Source of the DNA: Candidatus Moraniibacteriota bacterium
GTDB taxonomy: Bacteria > Patescibacteriota > Minisyncoccia > Moranbacterales > GCA-2747515
NCBI GenBank assembly: GCA_046116545.1
Contig: CP175956.1
Coordinates: forward strand, 1,170,912-1,234,911
Reading direction: 5' to 3'
DNA length: 64,000 nucleotides
Positions 59,641 to 64,000 of this stretch are shown here, one piece after another (position 1 is the first letter of the stretch; every line of letters begins with the position of its first letter). The notes beneath the pieces are model-generated. The model did not search any database, had not been told where the DNA came from, and saw only the letters and a program-made list of their open reading frames with translations. The translations under genes were made by a program, and so were the position numbers.

Positions 59641-60564
59641 TTAAATTTGAGCTTTTAATTCTTCAAACTTTACAAGTCCCTGACTCTTCCAGCCCTTAAT
59701 CTTGAGCCATGCTTTCTGAGTCCATGTGGGCTGTGGTGAAAAGTCTTCCGAAGACATTCCTTTTAAGATATCTTTGGTAGCATCAACCATTTCAGCAACA
59801 TCTACTGAATACTGAGCTGATGAATCAAACACAGCAACTACAGGCATCATAACAGTTGATACTTCTCCGAATCCAGGAATAGTAACCTTTCCAGCTTTGA
59901 GACCCTCTTTAATCAAAGAGCGCGACAATACACCGGTAACCTTCAGTTTTTCCTTGTCAATTGCCTGCATCAGCTTGGAATACGGATTAGGATATCGCGA
60001 TACAAACCCAACCATATTAGGATTGGACTTCAGAGCGTTTAAAAAATCAGCTTCTGATGTAAAGCTTTGAATGCGTGATTTATCCAATCCATGCGAAATG
60101 GCAAAAGAGGCTTCTCCACTATCCATCCCACCCAGGACTGCCAATCTCAGTCGCTTCATGTTCAAGAGTGTTTCCCATGTGCGAAGTTTTGACTTGGATC
60201 CAAGAAATGTAATAGTTTTTTCCTGTCCGACAAGCAACATAGCCTCTGAAAATGGTGCTATCATCACATCATTCATGCCTTCTGCTTCGGCAACTTTTTG
60301 CATTGCCCAGCCAAAATGAAGATTTCCAGCTTTTACATTATCACAATTAAATTTACTTCCACCTGGGGAACCCACTTCAATTGGGATCAGTTGTTCTTCA
60401 GCCTTCTGCTTGAGAATATTGGCGGTTCGATAAAACTCACCAGTTTCTCCACCTGAACCAAAACAAACAACTCCATCAGGACAAGCTGCCATAGCCATTG
60501 AAGCCGCTGTAAATACAAACGCCACTGCTGTGACCGCCACTGTCTTTAATAAGTCTCTTTTCAT
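59641..60564 (-). CDS. TAXI-like (TRAP-associated) periplasmic solute-binding protein, orphan
   Basis: Signal peptide, FGSGGETGEFY, SPGGSKFN, FGWAMQ, FSEAMLLV, GGMDSG; GGAGGT SD; promoter TTGACA-17-TAGGAT at 60672-60700. Confidence 0.7.
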   Translation of the reverse strand: MKRDLLKTVAVTAVAFVFTAASMAMAACPDGVVCFGSGGETGEFYRTANILKQKAEEQLIPIEVGSPGGSKFNCDNVKAGNLHFGWAMQKVAEAEGMNDVMIAPFSEAMLLVGQEKTITFLGSKSKLRTWETLLNMKRLRLAVLGGMDSGEASFAISHGLDKSRIQSFTSEADFLNALKSNPNMVGFVSRYPNPYSKLMQAIDKEKLKVTGVLSRSLIKEGLKAGKVTIPGFGEVSTVMMPVVAVFDSSAQYSVDVAEMVDATKDILKGMSSEDFSPQPTWTQKAWLKIKGWKSQGLVKFEELKAQI

Positions 60565-60827
60565 CTTTTCAAACCTCCAGTTTGAGAATAATGTTTATTG
60601 ACACAATGCCAACATAAAAAATTGTAAAATCTACTTTATCGAATTATGAAATTTCTTCACATCGAAATATTATCCTAGTATACTTTACTTTTCTTGTCAA
60701 GTATTTTTTATAGATTTTCTTATATAAATTAATTTTTATTTTTCATCCTACTGCAATAAAAAAAGCAAGAAGAAAAATTTCTCCTTGCCTCAATATTGTG
60801 CGAATTATTCGCTTTTCATTATCTTTT

Positions 60828-61544
60828 TTAAACAGGTGTAGCTGAGATAACCTTTGGATATACTCCGAAAGCTCTAAGCCATCTTATCCCATAAACTCTA
60901 ATTTTCAATCTTCTGTCTTGGGTAAATTCATCCCAAAGCAATGTACGCTCAAATCTTAAAGCAAAAACTTCAACTTCCCGCAACTTCACTGTAAATTTTT
61001 TGCCATCGTCAGGTTTCACGGTTACGTTAAACTTAGACCCCGTATCTTCTGGCTTACCCACCGTCACATCATATTCATAATAAAATACATGTATAGCAAG
61101 TGGTTGCCATAATACAGCAGCAGCAAGAAGTACTATTAAAACCGTTTTAGTTTTCTTGTATTTCTGCAGTCTGTCTATTGATCCATACAACATAACAGCA
61201 ACTGTTAATACTGCTACAGGAACAGTCCAAGCTGGTTCAAAATAAAACATCATCAGTAAAAAACCCATGAGTACTACAGTAGCTGTAGTCTGAAATCTAT
61301 ATTCAGCTAAACTCTCAATTGCGTAAGGCAATATCACAGCTGCCAATACAATCGTAACTAAAGATGCTATGATTGGATACATCATTGCTACAGCAATCAA
61401 TGCACCTACAATGGCAAGTATTACTATCCATTGCTTTTTACTAAGCGATTTCACTGAATCCCATAGTTCTCCACCCTTTACTTGTGCCGAACTAGCAAAA
61501 GTAACTGCCCTAGCCTTACTTCCTTCAAACCAACTATTTTGCAT
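60828..61544 (-). CDS. Membrane protein with C-terminal DUF1523-like domain
   Basis: About 5 TM helices, then IRVYGIRWLRAFGVYPKVIS resembling the YGWRxxxLSxFPN motif; AAGGAG SD; promoter TTGACT-17-TATGGT at 61652-61680. Confidence 0.55.
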   Translation of the reverse strand: MQNSWFEGSKARAVTFASSAQVKGGELWDSVKSLSKKQWIVILAIVGALIAVAMMYPIIASLVTIVLAAVILPYAIESLAEYRFQTTATVVLMGFLLMMFYFEPAWTVPVAVLTVAVMLYGSIDRLQKYKKTKTVLIVLLAAAVLWQPLAIHVFYYEYDVTVGKPEDTGSKFNVTVKPDDGKKFTVKLREVEVFALRFERTLLWDEFTQDRRLKIRVYGIRWLRAFGVYPKVISATPV

Positions 61545-61870
61545 AGCGTCTCCTTTCTCCCTTTTATATTTCTTATGAGTACTACCCTACATTAACTATA
61601 TGTTAAATGACTTTGCAACATCAATCTATCGCAATAACAAATCGACAGATAACCATATCATGTAATACCCACTTAGTCAATATACTTTATCACCAACTGA
61701 AAAACTTTAGGAATTTAATAAGTAAAAAAATCTACTAGACAATTCTTGCATCTCCTTTTACAAAATGATTGAGAATTCTTTACTTTACATACCATGGATT
61801 AAAAAAATTAATCACTCTTTTAAAGAGTAATTAATTAAAAAAATGATAATACTACATTTTTTTGATATAA

Positions 61871-62170
61871 CTATGCTATAAATATATCCTGAACAATTCC
61901 TTCTTTTTCTTCAAAATCAACACCCCGCGTATTAAGTGCCTCAATCATCTTATCACCAAATTTACCTGCGATAATTTTATCAACTGACTTATCTGCTAGC
62001 ATTTTAGCAACTCCCAATCCTGCACCTCCCCCTCCTGTGCTAAATGGATTTTTTATTGTTTCAAGTAAAGTTCCATTTTCATCAAAAATTAAAAAGAATG
62101 GTGCACGTCCTGCTTGTGAAGATACTGTGGAATCTATATTTTTATCCATTGATCCAACTGCAATTTTCAT
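61871..62170 (-). CDS. NifB/NifX (dinitrogenase Fe-Mo cofactor-binding) family protein
   Basis: MKIAV..VSSQAGRAPFFLIFD..NPF..GGAG..IIAGKFG. Confidence 0.9.
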   Translation of the reverse strand: MKIAVGSMDKNIDSTVSSQAGRAPFFLIFDENGTLLETIKNPFSTGGGGAGLGVAKMLADKSVDKIIAGKFGDKMIEALNTRGVDFEEKEGIVQDIFIA

Positions 62171-62694
62171 ACTTTATTCGCCTCCTCTCCTTTTTTCAAT
62201 ATTTGCCTTACAACAATGCCATTAATAACTGAAAATATAATAATATATATACTTAATACTACTGTAAAAGCAAGTCCAAAATAATAAATCATCATTGGCA
62301 AAAGTGGTAATTTAATAGACCTACTATAAAGAAATGCTGCTAAAAAAGAATCTTTCACTCCTTTTTCTTTCAAATCTGAAAGAAGTGGAAACCACATATA
62401 AATCGGACCAGATGATATAATACCACTTACAATTGCGATAACCCAACCACGTATTTTTTTACTATGGCCTAAATGCGTAACTAACATATCTGTTGTTACA
62501 AATATATTAAATATAAACATCAAACCAAAAACAATAATTACTGTTGGCATAATTTGCTTAAATGTTTGCCAAAAAAATGTAAGTGATTCCTGAAATAGCA
62601 TCATATCTACAAAAGCAAGTCCACCATAAAGGCAAGCTACAAAAATAAGTAGCCACCACTTTCCCTCCACATTGTGTATTAATGCACGAATCAT
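62167..62694 (-). CDS. Predicted permease (ArsP_1/DUF318-like), subunit 2
   Basis: GIISSGPIYMWFPLLSDLKEKG, RSIKLPLLP. Confidence 0.8.
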   Translation of the reverse strand: MIRALIHNVEGKWWLLIFVACLYGGLAFVDMMLFQESLTFFWQTFKQIMPTVIIVFGLMFIFNIFVTTDMLVTHLGHSKKIRGWVIAIVSGIISSGPIYMWFPLLSDLKEKGVKDSFLAAFLYSRSIKLPLLPMMIYYFGLAFTVVLSIYIIIFSVINGIVVRQILKKGEEANKV

Positions 62695-63116
62695 AGTAAA
62701 TTAAGAGTAATAACAGTTAAAAAAGAAATAATAATTGCACTCACAAAACTAGCAATATTACGTGTCCAAGTGAATCTCTTACCCATCATGACAATCTCAG
62801 CTGGAATCTGCACCGTACCCACTGTAACCCAAGTCAAAATAAACGCTGTAACAGCAATCAAACTTACACCATTATTCAAAAGCTCACCACCTATAACATA
62901 ACTAGTCATGGGATTACCCGCAGCAATACTTCCCACAGCAGCTCCCAAAAATGCATCAACAACCTTATTTCCAATAAAAAACTGCGTATACATATCATCA
63001 GGCACCACAGTAATTATAAAACTAGTCAACAACAAAATACCAACCAAAGTCGGAAACGACATCTTAATTGCACCAAATGTTTGCTTTGCAGCTTTTTTAA
63101 CTCTCACTTTTTTCAT
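62691..63116 (-). CDS. Predicted permease (ArsP_1/DUF318-like), subunit 1
   Basis: GSIAAGNPMTSYVIGGELL..GVSLIAVTAFILTWVTVG..PAE..RN. Confidence 0.8.
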   Translation of the reverse strand: MKKVRVKKAAKQTFGAIKMSFPTLVGILLLTSFIITVVPDDMYTQFFIGNKVVDAFLGAAVGSIAAGNPMTSYVIGGELLNNGVSLIAVTAFILTWVTVGTVQIPAEIVMMGKRFTWTRNIASFVSAIIISFLTVITLNLL

Positions 63117-63126
63117 AAATATACAT

Positions 63127-63152
63127 TGTCATTCCCGCGTAGGCGGGAATCT
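63127..63152. repeat. Short TGTCATTCCC palindrome (RPE/dRS3-like)
   Basis: tgtc-attcccgc-gtag-gcgggaat-ct. Confidence 0.75.
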
Positions 63153-63189
63153 AGGACATTATAAATAATTTACAAATATTTCACTACAG

Positions 63190-64000
63190 TTATTGTTTAT
63201 TTCTTATCCAATACCTTTTAATAAAAGGTAACGATAATGTAGATAAAAGATATCCACCCGTCGGTACAAGTGCATTTAAATATGCATCATCCACACCAAT
63301 GCTCCACATAAACCAAACTGCAATTAAATATGTAACACCAGCAATAAAACCACGTCTCATAAAACTTGTTTCCCACGCTTTATTTAATTCTACTCTTTCA
63401 TTCCTTTCTTGTACATCAGCTAATTGTTCTTGAATATTATCCATATTTTTTATATTTAATATTTTATACAAATCGTTTTTTACTTGTTCACTGTTTTCAA
63501 ATATAATACCCTTCATGCCTACACTCTTTGCTCCATCTATAAATTCAGATTTATCATCAATAAAAACACTCTCCTCAGGCAAAATATCCATTCTATTACA
63601 AATCATTTGATAAATTTCTCTATCTGGCTTTGCAATGCGCTCTACACATGAAAAAACCTTCTCATCAAAATATTTTTCATAATTATTCTTTTTCCAATAT
63701 TCTACTGCCGGCATTTCAGTATTTGAAAGAAATCCGATTTTATAACCTTGTTCTTTCAATCTTTCTATTAACTCAAACATCTCTACCTTCTCATTAAAGA
63801 CTTCTTCCACAGCATCACCCCACAATGAATCTACACTTGGCATATCAATATCCAATTCACTACATACTATCTGCCAAAATTCATATTCTGTAATATCACC
63901 ACGAGCAAAATCATCAAAACCTTTTTGACGTGCAACATTATAATTTTCAACTTTCACATCCAAAACATCTGCACAATACTTGTCCATCTTCCCCAAAGTT
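63190..64000 (-). CDS. HAD-superfamily phosphatase fused to a small C-terminal membrane domain (N-terminus beyond the window)
   Basis: LSNT, KPD, FIDD..GA..GM HAD motifs; motif I is missing, so the 5' end lies outside the window; C-terminal RNERVELNKAWETS plus 2 TM. Confidence 0.8.
   Translation of the reverse strand, partial: TLGKMDKYCADVLDVKVENYNVARQKGFDDFARGDITEYEFWQIVCSELDIDMPSVDSLWGDAVEEVFNEKVEMFELIERLKEQGYKIGFLSNTEMPAVEYWKKNNYEKYFDEKVFSCVERIAKPDREIYQMICNRMDILPEESVFIDDKSEFIDGAKSVGMKGIIFENSEQVKNDLYKILNIKNMDNIQEQLADVQERNERVELNKAWETSFMRRGFIAGVTYLIAVWFMWSIGVDDAYLNALVPTGGYLLSTLSLPFIKRYWIRNKQ

Noticed and set aside
47943-61544. Prophage or integron interpretation of the ORFan block
   Set aside because: No integrase, terminase, capsid or replication genes; no shared attC-type (GTTRRRY/RYYYAAC) boxes seen; the genes carry their own promoters
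61871-62170. Nitrogen fixation
   Set aside because: Stand-alone NifB/NifX-family domains are widespread in non-diazotrophs; no nifHDK
359-63168. Many short ORFs antisense to long genes (e.g. 1769, 9571, 13369, 25050, 31551, 39271, 47276, 53441)
   Set aside because: Shadow frames of well-supported minus-strand genes, with low-complexity S/I/F/L-rich translations

Overview
AT-rich (roughly 30% GC by eye) bacterial chromosome segment using genetic code 11 (TGA ends uvrB). Almost all genes lie on the minus strand. The gene set points to a Patescibacteria/CPR (Parcubacteria, possibly Moranbacteria-like) genome: pyk, htpX-lemA, murE-femX, M16 peptidase, uvrB, murJ-DUF4012-GT4-Wzz-priming glycosyltransferase, RNase P RNA and giant fibre-like surface proteins. 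That assignment is inferred from gene content. Four things stand out. (1) Two gene-expression grammars. Core genes have an extended -10 promoter and a short AT-rich leader with no Shine-Dalgarno (SD). A 14-kb block of ORFans and foreign-looking membrane genes (47.9-61.7 kb), plus two isolated genes, is built as self-contained cassettes: TTGAcw-17-(-10) promoter, boxA-like leader motif, strong GGAGG SD, ORF, and a 30-34 bp palindrome. (2) An ATP-sulfurylase (cysDN), AlkP-superfamily and YIDPG-peptide module inside the envelope-glycan region. (3) Three mosaic surface proteins: a 3101-aa fibre, a 1485-aa propeller protein, and an EPTP-propeller protein nested in a cadherin domain. (4) REP/RPE-like palindromic repeats, two of them read in frame inside the giant gene. 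No CRISPR array, tRNA, rRNA, integrase, transposase or reverse transcriptase was seen.
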